Assembly: GCA_002840305.1 (NCBI GenBank)
Contig: PHAI01000001.1
Span: 178,074-227,462 of the forward strand
Direction: 5' to 3'
DNA from: Candidatus Falkowbacteria bacterium HGW-Falkowbacteria-1
GTDB taxonomy: Bacteria; Patescibacteriota; Patescibacteriia; Patescibacteriales; UBA12465
Length of the DNA stretch: 49,389 bases
The notes beneath the pieces were generated by a model, which saw only the letters and a program-made list of their open reading frames with translations, was not told where the DNA came from and ran no database searches. This document shows positions 1 through 8,921 of this stretch, one piece after another. Both the position numbers and the translations under genes were made by a program. Numbering within the stretch: the stretch's first letter is position 1; every line of letters starts with the position of its first letter.

Positions 1-2
1 TA

Positions 3-440
3 TTGGCAGCTCCTTTAAGGCTTGCAGCCGTAGGGAATTTTGATTATTTGTTCCGTGTCTTTACTCATATTCGATTTATAGACGATGGAGATAAAAGATG
101 TCAAAACAAATGTTTGAAGGATATGATTTTTTTGGGGGAGGAAAGTCGTAACGTTGAGCATTTGTTCACAATTTATCAGCTAGCCTTATTGGTTGATAAT
201 TTTATAATTTCAGAAAGAGTTGTTAATTTAATTAAGGAGGCAAATTATGAATTTTCGTTGTTACTGAACATTTACGAAAAATTGGAAAAAAACAATATAA
301 TTAATAATGGCTTGGCAGCATTTCTGCAAGGAGAAATGATCATCAAAGCCAAGAGCAATTCGGAAAAAGCGGTGGCATTTATAAAAGCACCACTACAAAT
401 TAAAAATATTGCTTTGGCCAGCCTTTTAAAGGCAGCCTAA
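3..440 (+). CDS. Hypothetical protein, probably 5'-truncated by the window edge
   Basis: Open frame from the window start to TAA at 438-440, followed by a terminator; no recognisable motif. Confidence 0.55.
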   Translation: MAAPLRLAAVGNFDYLFRVFTHIRFIDDGDKRCQNKCLKDMIFLGEESRNVEHLFTIYQLALLVDNFIISERVVNLIKEANYEFSLLLNIYEKLEKNNIINNGLAAFLQGEMIIKAKSNSEKAVAFIKAPLQIKNIALASLLKAA

Positions 441-461
441 AAACGTTCTTTGAATTTTTAT

Positions 462-490
462 AACCCGTTTCTGTTAGAGACGGGTTTTTT
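462..490 (+). terminator. Rho-independent terminator
   Basis: AACCCGTTTCT-gtt-AGAGACGGGTT stem followed by a T-run. Confidence 0.85.
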
Positions 491-513
491 ATTTGGTTAG
501 AAGTTTAAATTTA

Positions 514-522
514 TGCTATAAT
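514..522 (+). promoter_or_regulatory. Extended -10 promoter element (TGnTATAAT)
   Basis: TGCTATAAT in the intergenic region upstream of the HD gene. Confidence 0.55.
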
Positions 523-608
523 TATTATCATAAAGTATTCTTTTTATAAAAAAGTTAGGATATTAGTAGTGTTTTAGGGCCTTTAAATTATAGCTTTAAA
601 TAAATTTT

Positions 609-1292
609 ATGGAAGAAAAATTTCAAAAAATCAAGGAAACTGTGGAGAGAGAATTAAATTTAGAAAAAGATTCTGCTCATGATATTGATCATGTTATGAG
701 AGTCTACAATTTGGCACTAAGCATATCTAAGAGCGAAGGGAATGTTGACCTAGATGTTTTATGCGCAGCAACGCTTCTCCATGATATTGGTGGAGCCAAG
801 GAGGCTAATGATTCAAGCGGCAAAACCGATCATGCCGTTGTTGGTGCTGAGATGTCTAGATCTATATTGGGGCGCTTGGGTTTTACTTTTGACAAAATAA
901 AACACATCCAGGATTGTATTTTATCTCATCGTTACAGAACTGACTATAAACCGGAGACAATTGAGGCCAAGATATTATTTGATGCTGATAAGTTGGATGC
1001 TATTGGAGCTATTGGCGCTGCTCGAGTTTTTTCTTGGATCGGAAAACACAACGCTAAGATTTATAAAAAAGTAAATGTTGATGAATATATAAAAGAAAAT
1101 CAAGGGGGTAAAATTGACGGAAGAATTAAAGATAAGTCGAAACATAGTGCTCAAATAAATTATGAAGTGAAAGAAAAGTTCTTGTTAGATAAATTATATA
1201 CGGAAACAGCCAAAAAAATTGGCCAAGAAAGATTGGCTTATTATAAAAATTTCTTAGATAGATTAGAGAAAGAGGTTAATGGGGAATTATAG
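609..1292 (+). CDS. HD-domain metal-dependent phosphohydrolase (YedJ-like)
   Basis: AHDIDHVMRV, LLHDIG, DHA, SHRY, DADKLDAIGAIGAAR motifs. Confidence 0.9.
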   Translation: MEEKFQKIKETVERELNLEKDSAHDIDHVMRVYNLALSISKSEGNVDLDVLCAATLLHDIGGAKEANDSSGKTDHAVVGAEMSRSILGRLGFTFDKIKHIQDCILSHRYRTDYKPETIEAKILFDADKLDAIGAIGAARVFSWIGKHNAKIYKKVNVDEYIKENQGGKIDGRIKDKSKHSAQINYEVKEKFLLDKLYTETAKKIGQERLAYYKNFLDRLEKEVNGEL

Positions 1293-1322
1293 TATTGGTT
1301 AGAAAATAATAATGGTATAATT

Positions 1323-2015
1323 ATGAAAAAATATAAAATAATTATCAGTATTACTGGCGAAAATGCTAAAGATTGTATTGCTAAAATTAATGAAGTAATA
1401 AAGTTTAAATTGTCAGAGGTAGCTTTGTTTTTGGAGAGGTTGAGCCTTGACGACCGTCATAAGGTTTATAATTATTTGAGAAAGTCTGGTATTAAAAATA
1501 TTCCTTTTGTTCATTTGCGCGATGACATGACTAAGGATGAGATAAAAATGTTAGCTGATCTCTATAAAGTAAAGTATTTTTCTATTCACGAGAATCATTT
1601 TAATATTATTAATAATTGGCGAGGATTTTATAAAAAGTTATATCTAGAAATGTCTACCGATAATTATGTTGCACCTAATGTAAAAGTTGAAAAAATTGGT
1701 GGCTTTTGTGTTGACCTAGCTCATTATAAGAAGCAGCTAGTTTTAGAGAACAAAGATTATGAGTATGTTTATAAATATAAAAATAAAAGTAAGTTATTTG
1801 CCTGTAACCATTTAAGTGGTTACGATTTTAAGGCCAATGTTGACATGCATGTTGTAAAATCAAAAAAAGACTTTTTGTATTTAAGCGAATTGCCGGACTT
1901 TATTTTTGGTGGACTAATCGCAATGGAAATAGACAACTCTATTAGAGAGCAGTTAATTTATAGAGATTATGCTCTTTTTTTGTTACAAAAAAGATTGAGG
2001 ATTAAATCAAATTGA
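1323..2015 (+). CDS. Hypothetical protein, probable xylose-isomerase/AP-endonuclease-2-like TIM barrel
   Basis: Spacing of candidate metal ligands: VHL, IHE, YLEM, CVDLAH, NHLSG, AMEI. Confidence 0.55.
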   Translation: MKKYKIIISITGENAKDCIAKINEVIKFKLSEVALFLERLSLDDRHKVYNYLRKSGIKNIPFVHLRDDMTKDEIKMLADLYKVKYFSIHENHFNIINNWRGFYKKLYLEMSTDNYVAPNVKVEKIGGFCVDLAHYKKQLVLENKDYEYVYKYKNKSKLFACNHLSGYDFKANVDMHVVKSKKDFLYLSELPDFIFGGLIAMEIDNSIREQLIYRDYALFLLQKRLRIKSN

Positions 2016-2115
2016 TTTTGTTATATTTTTTTACTTTGTTCTTTACGGTTTCTTAAATAATTGGTATACTTAAAGTGTAAATAGTAGTATTCAGTTCTTG
2101 ATTATTATGAGATAT

Positions 2116-2907
2116 ATGGAAAAGAAAAAAATATTTTTTGTTATTTTGCTTATTATAATTGTTGTTGCAACTACAATGTTTTTGCTTTGGCGTCGCAATC
2201 TTGATGCGGACAATTCTTTAAGCAATGTAAAAAAAAGAGGAGTTTTAGTAGTCGGTGGTGACGCTCCGTATGGTGTAATGGAATTTTTTAATGAAGACAA
2301 TGAAATTGATGGAATTGACGTAGACATCGCCCGTGAAATTGCCTCTCGCCTAGGTGTTCGTTTAGAATTTAATGATTATGATTGGGATCAACTATTTTTA
2401 AAAGTAAAAAACGATGAAATAGATTTAGCGGCCTCAAGCATTACTATCACTCCTGAGCGACAGAAAGAAATGCTCTTTAGTACTTCATATTTTAATGGAG
2501 GACAGGTGATAGTCGTTCGGTCTGGGAACCAAGATATAGGAGGAGTTAACGATTTGGTTGGAATAAAGATTGCCGTTCAAGAGGGCACCACCGGTTACGA
2601 TGAGGCCAAAAAATATACTCAAGAAAATTTAATTTTTCCGTATTTAAATTTTGATGATTCCGGCATCATTAATGATTTGGAAAATGAAAAATTTGAAGCA
2701 ATTATAGTTGATTATGTTCAAGCCCTGAGCATGATAAAGGTTTATTCTGGTTTAAAAATTGTCGGAACTCCTTTCACTAGAGAGGACTATGGTCTTGTTA
2801 CTAAAATTGGCAACAATACTTTGATGCAGGAGATTAACTCTATCATACTAAACATGGAGAAAGAGGGAACGCTTAAAAAAATAGAAATAAAATGGAGTGC
2901 ATTTTAA
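2116..2907 (+). CDS. Polar amino-acid ABC-type substrate-binding protein (family 3), N-terminally membrane anchored
   Basis: TM helix then GVLVVGGDAPY, GIDVDIAREIA, SITITPERQKEMLFS, QEGTTG; ATG at 2116 or 2107 preferred over TTG 2098; TGGTATACT at 2062-2070. Confidence 0.9.
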   Translation: MEKKKIFFVILLIIIVVATTMFLLWRRNLDADNSLSNVKKRGVLVVGGDAPYGVMEFFNEDNEIDGIDVDIAREIASRLGVRLEFNDYDWDQLFLKVKNDEIDLAASSITITPERQKEMLFSTSYFNGGQVIVVRSGNQDIGGVNDLVGIKIAVQEGTTGYDEAKKYTQENLIFPYLNFDDSGIINDLENEKFEAIIVDYVQALSMIKVYSGLKIVGTPFTREDYGLVTKIGNNTLMQEINSIILNMEKEGTLKKIEIKWSAF

Positions 2908-2922
2908 TTTAATATAAAAAAT

Positions 2923-3303
2923 ATGAAAATTTTAATTATCGATGATGATTTCGACGCAACAGTGACTCTCAAGGCTTTACTTATGGGTCAGAGTGATTAT
3001 ACAATTGACGTTGCCTACGGTGGCCGTGCAGGGCTAAACATGATGATCGCTGATCCAAGTTATGATTTAGTTATTCTCGATGTTATGATGCCAGATTTCA
3101 GCGGTATTGATGTTTGTAAGGCCATGGCTGAAAGCGAGGAACTCAAAAAGATACCAGTTCTTTTGGCATCCGCTCTTCCGATTAACTCTAATGAGCTAGG
3201 AGAATTGTTGGTTCAATTTAAAGCTCTGGTTGTAGTCAAGGGGGCGCTCGAAAAACCATTTGTCGTAGAGGATTTATTAGCGGAGATAAAAAAGATAAAA
3301 TAG
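2923..3303 (+). CDS. Single-domain response regulator (CheY-like receiver)
   Basis: ILIIDDD, DLVILDVMMP (phospho-Asp), SA, KPF; no output domain. Confidence 0.92.
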   Translation: MKILIIDDDFDATVTLKALLMGQSDYTIDVAYGGRAGLNMMIADPSYDLVILDVMMPDFSGIDVCKAMAESEELKKIPVLLASALPINSNELGELLVQFKALVVVKGALEKPFVVEDLLAEIKKIK

Positions 3304-3305
3304 AT

Positions 3306-4349
3306 ATGAAAAAAATTATTATTGCCTTAATTGTTTTAATCGGCTTGGTTTCGGGCAGTATTTATTTTTTAAATAATTTGTTAGTCGAGAAACAAACATT
3401 GTTAACCCAAAAAAAACCATTAATTGTCGGTTTTTCTATGGGAGCAACTGGTGAGGAGAGATGGTTTAAGGATGGCAAGCTATTTATTCAAAAAGCCCGA
3501 GAATTAGATGCGGAGGTTGCTGCTATTTTTTCAGACTATGATGTTGAAAAACAAATTTCACAAATTGAAAATTTAATTAGTCAAGGAGTTGATGTGCTTG
3601 TTGTTATTCCTTCAGATTCTGAAAAAATTGGTCCAGCCATAGAAGAGGCAAATCGTTACGGAGTGAAAGTAATTGCTTATGATCGATTGATAAAGAATAG
3701 CGATATAGATTTATATATTTCATTTGATAATGTAAAAGTTGGAGAGCTTCAAGTAGAGAGCATTTTATCAGTAGTGAGCAAAGGTAATTTTGCTTATATT
3801 GGTGGCTCACCTACTGACAACAATGCTTATTTGCTCAAAGAAGGGGCTATGAATATTTTAAATCCCAAGATCGAAGATGGTGATATTAAATTAGTTATTA
3901 ATGAATTTGTAGCCGATTGGAAACCAGAAGAAGCTTACAAGATAGTAAAAGATTATTTAGATTCTGGTAAGTCACTTAATGCCATTATTGCGGCTAATGA
4001 CGGAATAGCCTCTGGGGTTATCCAGGCTCTCGGAGAGAAAGGTTTGGCCGGAAAAATACCAGTGTCAGGTCAGGACGCCGAACTTTCTGCCACACAAAGA
4101 ATTGTTGCTGGGACTCAAACGTCTACTGTCTATAAACCAATAATTTCTTTAGCTTACAAAGCGGCCGAAATTGCAGTTGCTATGGCGAACGGGCAGGTCG
4201 TTGAGACTAATACTTATATCAATAACGGCGAAATGATCGTTCCTTCATATTTTCTTGATCCAATTCTGGTTAATAAAGATAATATGATGGAGACGGTTGT
4301 TAAAGATGGCTTTCATACTTATGAAGAAATATACTCATTTATAAAATAG
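3306..4349 (+). CDS. XylF/ChvE-like sugar substrate-binding protein
   Basis: ERW, VIAYDRLI, YISFDNVKVG, GSPTDNNA, AANDG, SGQDA, TVYKP motifs; N-terminal TM helix. Confidence 0.88.
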   Translation: MKKIIIALIVLIGLVSGSIYFLNNLLVEKQTLLTQKKPLIVGFSMGATGEERWFKDGKLFIQKARELDAEVAAIFSDYDVEKQISQIENLISQGVDVLVVIPSDSEKIGPAIEEANRYGVKVIAYDRLIKNSDIDLYISFDNVKVGELQVESILSVVSKGNFAYIGGSPTDNNAYLLKEGAMNILNPKIEDGDIKLVINEFVADWKPEEAYKIVKDYLDSGKSLNAIIAANDGIASGVIQALGEKGLAGKIPVSGQDAELSATQRIVAGTQTSTVYKPIISLAYKAAEIAVAMANGQVVETNTYINNGEMIVPSYFLDPILVNKDNMMETVVKDGFHTYEEIYSFIK

Positions 4350-4368
4350 TAAAAACCGGCAAGCCTTT

Positions 4369-6282
4369 ATGGGTATTAAAAAGAAACTTTTAATTTCATT
4401 TTTATCAATTATTGTAGCCTTGCTTGTTGCGGGGGCCTTTTTTGTTGTAATGAATTATATAATATTGTCAAAATATAGAACATTAAATAGTAACATGGTA
4501 TCAGAATATCAACTTATTGAAGATGTTTCTTCGTTGCTTCTTTCTTTCGACAAGCTCATTAAAGCACCAAATGATACCCTGGAAATGGATAATTTTAATT
4601 CTATTTATTCCAAAACAAAATATTCGTTATCGGAGCTCAAGGAAAAAATAGTTAGCTATGAAAGCAAGATAATTTTTAATGGATTGGAAAACAACATTAA
4701 TGGTGTTTTTTTCGATGTCGAAATAGGTATTAATAGCTTGAGTAGCGGTAATTATCTCGAGGCCATTGATCGTCAAGGCACCGCTTATCGTAAAAATAAA
4801 TTTGTCAAAGAAAATGTTTCCAGTTTACTCTTGAAAGAACTGGAGTATTCCAAAAATTTACAGATAGAAATCGACAAAGTTAGATTGATAAGCCAGATGA
4901 TCGCTATTCTTTTGTTGCTTTCGACCGTTAGTGGCTGTGTTTGGTACGCAATTGTTTTTTCCAATAAATTAGTTTTGCCACTTGTTAATTTGACAAAATT
5001 AGCGAAACTGATTGAAGGGGGAGATCTTGAGGCTTCGGTGAGCAAGGAATTGTTAAAGGGCGATGACGAAGTCGCTAGTTTGGCTAGCTCATTTCATGCC
5101 ATGGTAGTAGCTCTTAGGGCAAATATTCAAAAATTACAAGAATATAATATAGAGATTAAAAATTCTCGCAATCATCTAAAAGAAGAGAAGCAAAAACTTC
5201 AGCAATATTTAAACGTTGCCGGAGTGATTGTTTTGATTTTTGATTTAAATAATAATGTTTTTTTAATTAATAAAAAAGGTTGCGAAATTTTTGGTATAGA
5301 AGCTTCCGATATTATAGGTAAAAACTGGGTTAGTGAATATGTGTCTAAAAAGAATCAGAGACAAACAATAAAAACCTTGGCACTTCTTGCAAATAGTGCA
5401 ACACCGGTAGATACCTTGGAAAATATTGTAGTTTCCAAGGATAAATTAGAAAAAAATATTGTTTGGCGTTTTAGTATGCTCAAAAATAAGGATAATATGT
5501 CTCAAGCGATATTAGCAACGGGAGTAGATGTAACCGAACTAACTAAAGCAAAAATTACGATTAACCAACTTAAAGAAGTTGATGCATTGAAAAATGAAGT
5601 CTTAAACATTGCGACTCACGAATTGAAAACCCCTTTAATTTCTATCGTTGGTTTATCTGAGGTAATGAAAAATCAACCCAAGACAATTCCATCTGAATAC
5701 CAAGATTATATTTCAATTATTTATAAAGAGGGATTGAAATTAACTAATCTTATTAAGACGATGCTTACGGCCACTAGAAATGAAGTTAGCAAGATGACGG
5801 TCGTTAAAGAGAAATTTAATTTGATAGATTTAATTTTCTCGCTTAAAACATCTCTTGAGATGCTTGCTAAAAGAACAGATTCACATATTAACTTTGATTT
5901 GCGGGCAGAAGGTATTAATATAGAAAGTGACAAGTCGAAGATATCGCAGGTTATTTATAATTTTGTTGATAATGCCGTTAAGTATGGACCGAAGAATCAA
6001 TCAGTTACTATTGGCTTATCTTTGTTGGGCAATGAATTGATCAGGGTAGAGGTTAAGGGAGAGGGTCGTGGTATTTCAAAACTGGCACAAAAAAGTCTTT
6101 TTATGAAATTTTCACAATTGGAATCTTCTTTGTCTCGCTCCCAAGATGGTATGGGCTTGGGTCTTTATATTTGCAAACAAAACGTTGAAAGCTTGGGTGG
6201 CAAGGTTGGTGTTGAGAGTGAACCGAATCAAGGCGCCACATTTTATTTTACTTTACCTTTAATTTCTAAAATAAAAATATGA
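4369..6282 (+). CDS. Membrane sensor histidine kinase (2 TM, HAMP, PAS, HisKA, HATPase)
   Basis: HAMP DEVASLASSF; PAS INKKGCEIFG..IIGKNW; H-box ATHELKTPL; N-box NFVDNAVKY; G2 GMGLGL. Confidence 0.93.
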   Translation: MGIKKKLLISFLSIIVALLVAGAFFVVMNYIILSKYRTLNSNMVSEYQLIEDVSSLLLSFDKLIKAPNDTLEMDNFNSIYSKTKYSLSELKEKIVSYESKIIFNGLENNINGVFFDVEIGINSLSSGNYLEAIDRQGTAYRKNKFVKENVSSLLLKELEYSKNLQIEIDKVRLISQMIAILLLLSTVSGCVWYAIVFSNKLVLPLVNLTKLAKLIEGGDLEASVSKELLKGDDEVASLASSFHAMVVALRANIQKLQEYNIEIKNSRNHLKEEKQKLQQYLNVAGVIVLIFDLNNNVFLINKKGCEIFGIEASDIIGKNWVSEYVSKKNQRQTIKTLALLANSATPVDTLENIVVSKDKLEKNIVWRFSMLKNKDNMSQAILATGVDVTELTKAKITINQLKEVDALKNEVLNIATHELKTPLISIVGLSEVMKNQPKTIPSEYQDYISIIYKEGLKLTNLIKTMLTATRNEVSKMTVVKEKFNLIDLIFSLKTSLEMLAKRTDSHINFDLRAEGINIESDKSKISQVIYNFVDNAVKYGPKNQSVTIGLSLLGNELIRVEVKGEGRGISKLAQKSLFMKFSQLESSLSRSQDGMGLGLYICKQNVESLGGKVGVESEPNQGATFYFTLPLISKIKI

Positions 6283-6668
6283 AAATTTTAATCATTGACA
6301 ATGATGTCAGCACTACTACTACTTTGGTAGCTTTGCTTATGAGCCAGGAAGCCTTTCAAATAGACGTCGCTCATGGTGGACAGGAGGGTTTAAATAAAAT
6401 GACAGCAAATCCAGATTATGATTTAATTCTTCTAGATATTATGATGCCTAATGTTAGTGGCCTGGATGTTTGCAAAGCCATGGTCAAGGATCCTAGTTTA
6501 AAATCTATACCAGTTTTATTAATGTCATCCGCTCTGCCTATTCCACCAGAGGAATTTCATAAAACATTAGAAAAATTTAGTGAGTCTAGCTTGATCAAAG
6601 GTGTTTTGGAAAAACCTTTTGTTATCGACGACTTGATAGCACAGATTCATAAAGTAGCCAGAAAGTAA
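6279..6668 (+). CDS. Single-domain response regulator (CheY-like receiver)
   Basis: ILIIDND, DLILLDIMMP, KPF; ATGA overlap with the kinase stop; clear paralogue of 2923-3303. Confidence 0.92.
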   Translation: MKILIIDNDVSTTTTLVALLMSQEAFQIDVAHGGQEGLNKMTANPDYDLILLDIMMPNVSGLDVCKAMVKDPSLKSIPVLLMSSALPIPPEEFHKTLEKFSESSLIKGVLEKPFVIDDLIAQIHKVARK

Positions 6669-6790
6669 TAAAAGTAATAAAATTTTTGGTTTTTTGTAGC
6701 TTATTGCTTAAATTTAAAGCTAGTGTTAGTATATAATGTTAGTATTCAATTAAATATTTATTTAAAGGATTCGCATCTTTAGTCATTTTT

Positions 6791-6815
6791 GGTGGCCAGT
6801 AGACGTCGGGTCACC
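6791..6815 (+). promoter_or_regulatory. GC-rich 5'-UTR hairpin before the DEAD-box helicase
   Basis: GGTGGCC-agtagacgtcg-GGTCACC, ending 7 nt before the ATG. Confidence 0.45.
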
Positions 6816-6822
6816 TATTTTT

Positions 6823-8454
6823 ATGTTCAATCAAAAAGATCAAAATCACGCCGGTTTTAAAAATTTAGGCATAAAGCCCTCTATTTTATCGGTTTTAGAA
6901 AAACTCGGCTTAGAAAATCCAACGCCGATTCAGGTTAAGGCAATCCCTGTGGCTATTTCTGGTAAAGATTTGTTTGGTATTGCCCAAACAGGCACTGGAA
7001 AGACTCTAGCCTTCGGTGTTCCAACCATACAGCGCTTAGCCGAAGTAAAGGGAAGGGCTTTAGTTTTATTGCCGACCAGAGAGTTGGCTAATCAAGTAGA
7101 GGAGAGTTTAAAAAAACTTGGTAAAGACTTGGGTCTTCGCACTATTTCAGTAATTGGCGGTGAGGCCATAGGTCGCCAATTGTTTGATCTCCGCAAAAAC
7201 CCTCATGTTATTGTTGCTACTCCGGGTAGATTGCTAGATCATGTAAAAAGAAGAACAATAAAACTTGACGATATTTCAGTTTTAGTTTTGGACGAGGCTG
7301 ATATGATGTTCGATTTAGGTTTTGCCCCTCAAATTGAAGAAATAATTAAGTTAACACCCGCGAATCGTCAGACCTTGTTATTTTCAGCTACTATGCCCGC
7401 TCCGATTATTAAGTTGGCCGAGAAATATTTAAAAACTCCACTACAAATAGAGGTGGCCCCCGCTGGTACTACGGCTGATTTAGTCGATCAAGAGATATAT
7501 TTAATTCGGCACGAAGATCGTTTCAGTACTTTGGAAAAAATATTGTTAGATTATAAAAATTTAGTTTTAATTTTTGTTCGTACTAAATATGGAGCCGCTA
7601 ATTTAACCGAAAAATTAAGATTTAGTGGTCATCAGGCCAGTGAAATTCATTCTAATTTGTCGTTCAATCAACGCAAGACAGCTCTAGCTGGTTTTAAAAG
7701 TGGTGCTAAGAGAATTTTGGTTGCTACTGATGTTGCGGCTCGTGGTTTGGACATAAATGATATTGAATTAGTGCTTAATTTCGATTTACCAGATAATTCA
7801 GAGGATTATGTTCATCGAATTGGTAGAACGGCAAGAGCAGGAAAGGGTGGTAAGGCGATTTCTTTTGCCATGCCAAATCAGCGCCGGGAAATTCAGAAAA
7901 TAGAACGTTTGATTAAAAAAAATTTAGTTATAACAAAAATTGGCGCAGTTCAGTCCGAGGTTAAGAGAACTCTTATGACTAGGGCGCAAAATGATAACAA
8001 TTATCGAGGTCAATCTCGTTTCAGACCAAAGTCAGCGCCAGATTTTTCTACTTCAAACAACGCCAATAGACCGTTTCGATTTGGACAAAATGCCTCCTCT
8101 GGCTTTTCTACGTCTGATAAAAATAGAAAACCGTCTCGTTTCGGAAGAAGAATTGTTCCTGGTTTGTCCATGCCAAACGATGTCGGCAGTCAATCTCGTT
8201 TTGGACAGAAAGTTGTCCCTGGTTTTGTTTTAGACAATACTGATAGATCATTTTCAAAAGCTAGAAGTTCAAAACCTAGTCGGAATATTAAGGGTGGTCC
8301 CCAAAAGAGTAAAAAGTTTAACAAAACAGAAAGACCAGAAAATGTAGAAGGTAAAAGCAAAAAAAGTAATAGTAAGAATAAAAAGAATTACTCCTTTCCT
8401 TCTTCTAAAAAATCTGATTTTAGCTTTTCAAAGTATAAAAGTAACAAACGTTAA
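6823..8454 (+). CDS. DEAD-box ATP-dependent RNA helicase (RhlE-like) with a basic disordered tail
   Basis: Q motif PTPIQ, AQTGTGKT, PTRELA, TPGR, DEAD, SAT, ARGLD, HRIGRTAR. Confidence 0.96.
   Translation: MFNQKDQNHAGFKNLGIKPSILSVLEKLGLENPTPIQVKAIPVAISGKDLFGIAQTGTGKTLAFGVPTIQRLAEVKGRALVLLPTRELANQVEESLKKLGKDLGLRTISVIGGEAIGRQLFDLRKNPHVIVATPGRLLDHVKRRTIKLDDISVLVLDEADMMFDLGFAPQIEEIIKLTPANRQTLLFSATMPAPIIKLAEKYLKTPLQIEVAPAGTTADLVDQEIYLIRHEDRFSTLEKILLDYKNLVLIFVRTKYGAANLTEKLRFSGHQASEIHSNLSFNQRKTALAGFKSGAKRILVATDVAARGLDINDIELVLNFDLPDNSEDYVHRIGRTARAGKGGKAISFAMPNQRREIQKIERLIKKNLVITKIGAVQSEVKRTLMTRAQNDNNYRGQSRFRPKSAPDFSTSNNANRPFRFGQNASSGFSTSDKNRKPSRFGRRIVPGLSMPNDVGSQSRFGQKVVPGFVLDNTDRSFSKARSSKPSRNIKGGPQKSKKFNKTERPENVEGKSKKSNSKNKKNYSFPSSKKSDFSFSKYKSNKR
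7990..8230 (+). repeat. Four degenerate 60-bp in-frame tandem repeats (20 aa) in the helicase tail
   Basis: caatctcgtttc at 8011, ccgtttcgattt at 8071, ccgtctcgtttc at 8131, caatctcgtttt at 8191. Confidence 0.8.
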
Positions 8455-8470
8455 TTATTGCCATGATTTT

Positions 8471-8504
8471 AAAAGACCCCTTCTCGGAAGGGGTCTTTTT
8501 TTTT
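8471..8504. terminator. Bidirectional Rho-independent terminator
   Basis: AAAAGACCCCTTC-tcg-GAAGGGGTCTTTT plus T-run, between convergent genes. Confidence 0.92.
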
Positions 8505-8508
8505 GTTT

Positions 8509-8778
8509 TTAAATTTGGGCTAATTGGTATTTTTCACTAATAGATCTTTTTATTCTTTGTCTGGTTCTTTGGCTATCTTCATTACAGAACCAGACGCTCC
8601 AGCCCTTATTTCTTTTGTAGGCCGATATTCTTTCTTTTAAATTTTCAGTCTCTCCGATATCGGCAATTTTGTTTTTTGGATTAGCTATTATGTAAACCCC
8701 CGGTTCTTTTTGGAATGAGAAATTAATAGGGAATTTTCCTTTAAAAGCAAATCCTTTAACTACAACTTCTTTATTCAT
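8509..8778 (-). CDS. Small GIY-YIG-like nuclease-fold protein
   Basis: PGVYII...DIGETENLKERI resembles GIY-(x)-YIG..NL..R; has its own consensus promoter. Confidence 0.7.
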   Translation of the reverse strand: MNKEVVVKGFAFKGKFPINFSFQKEPGVYIIANPKNKIADIGETENLKERISAYKRNKGWSVWFCNEDSQRTRQRIKRSISEKYQLAQI

Positions 8779-8847
8779 TTTGTTTGTTTATGCCAAAATT
8801 AAATTGATTAATAATTGGCAAAATTAATTATTTTAAATTCTGTTGTT

Positions 8848-8876
8848 ATTTTAGCAGGGCAAAAATATCTTGTCAA
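8848..8876 (-). promoter_or_regulatory. Sigma70 promoter for the GIY-YIG-like gene
   Basis: Minus strand TTGACA (8876-8871), 17 bp, TAAAAT (8853-8848) with a TG extension. Confidence 0.7.
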
Positions 8877-8897
8877 GAGATAAAACTTGTAAAGAGC

Positions 8898-8906
8898 TGT
8901 GGATAA
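8898..8906 (-). promoter_or_regulatory. Consensus DnaA box
   Basis: TGTGGATAA is the reverse complement of TTATCCACA; single copy. Confidence 0.45.
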
Positions 8907-8921
8907 GTTTTGACAAGAATG

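Noticed and set aside
609..1292. HD protein as a Cas3'' or defence nuclease
   Set aside because: Motifs fit stand-alone YedJ-like HD hydrolases and there is no defence context
2116..4349. Amino-acid or xylose ABC transporter operon
   Set aside because: No permease or ATPase genes in the cluster or elsewhere in the window
7990..8230. 60-bp periodic repeat as a CRISPR array
   Set aside because: In-frame within a coding tail, degenerate along the whole unit, no invariant repeat with unique spacers, no cas genes
8898..8906. Replication origin
   Set aside because: Only one DnaA box, with no dnaA or dnaN nearby
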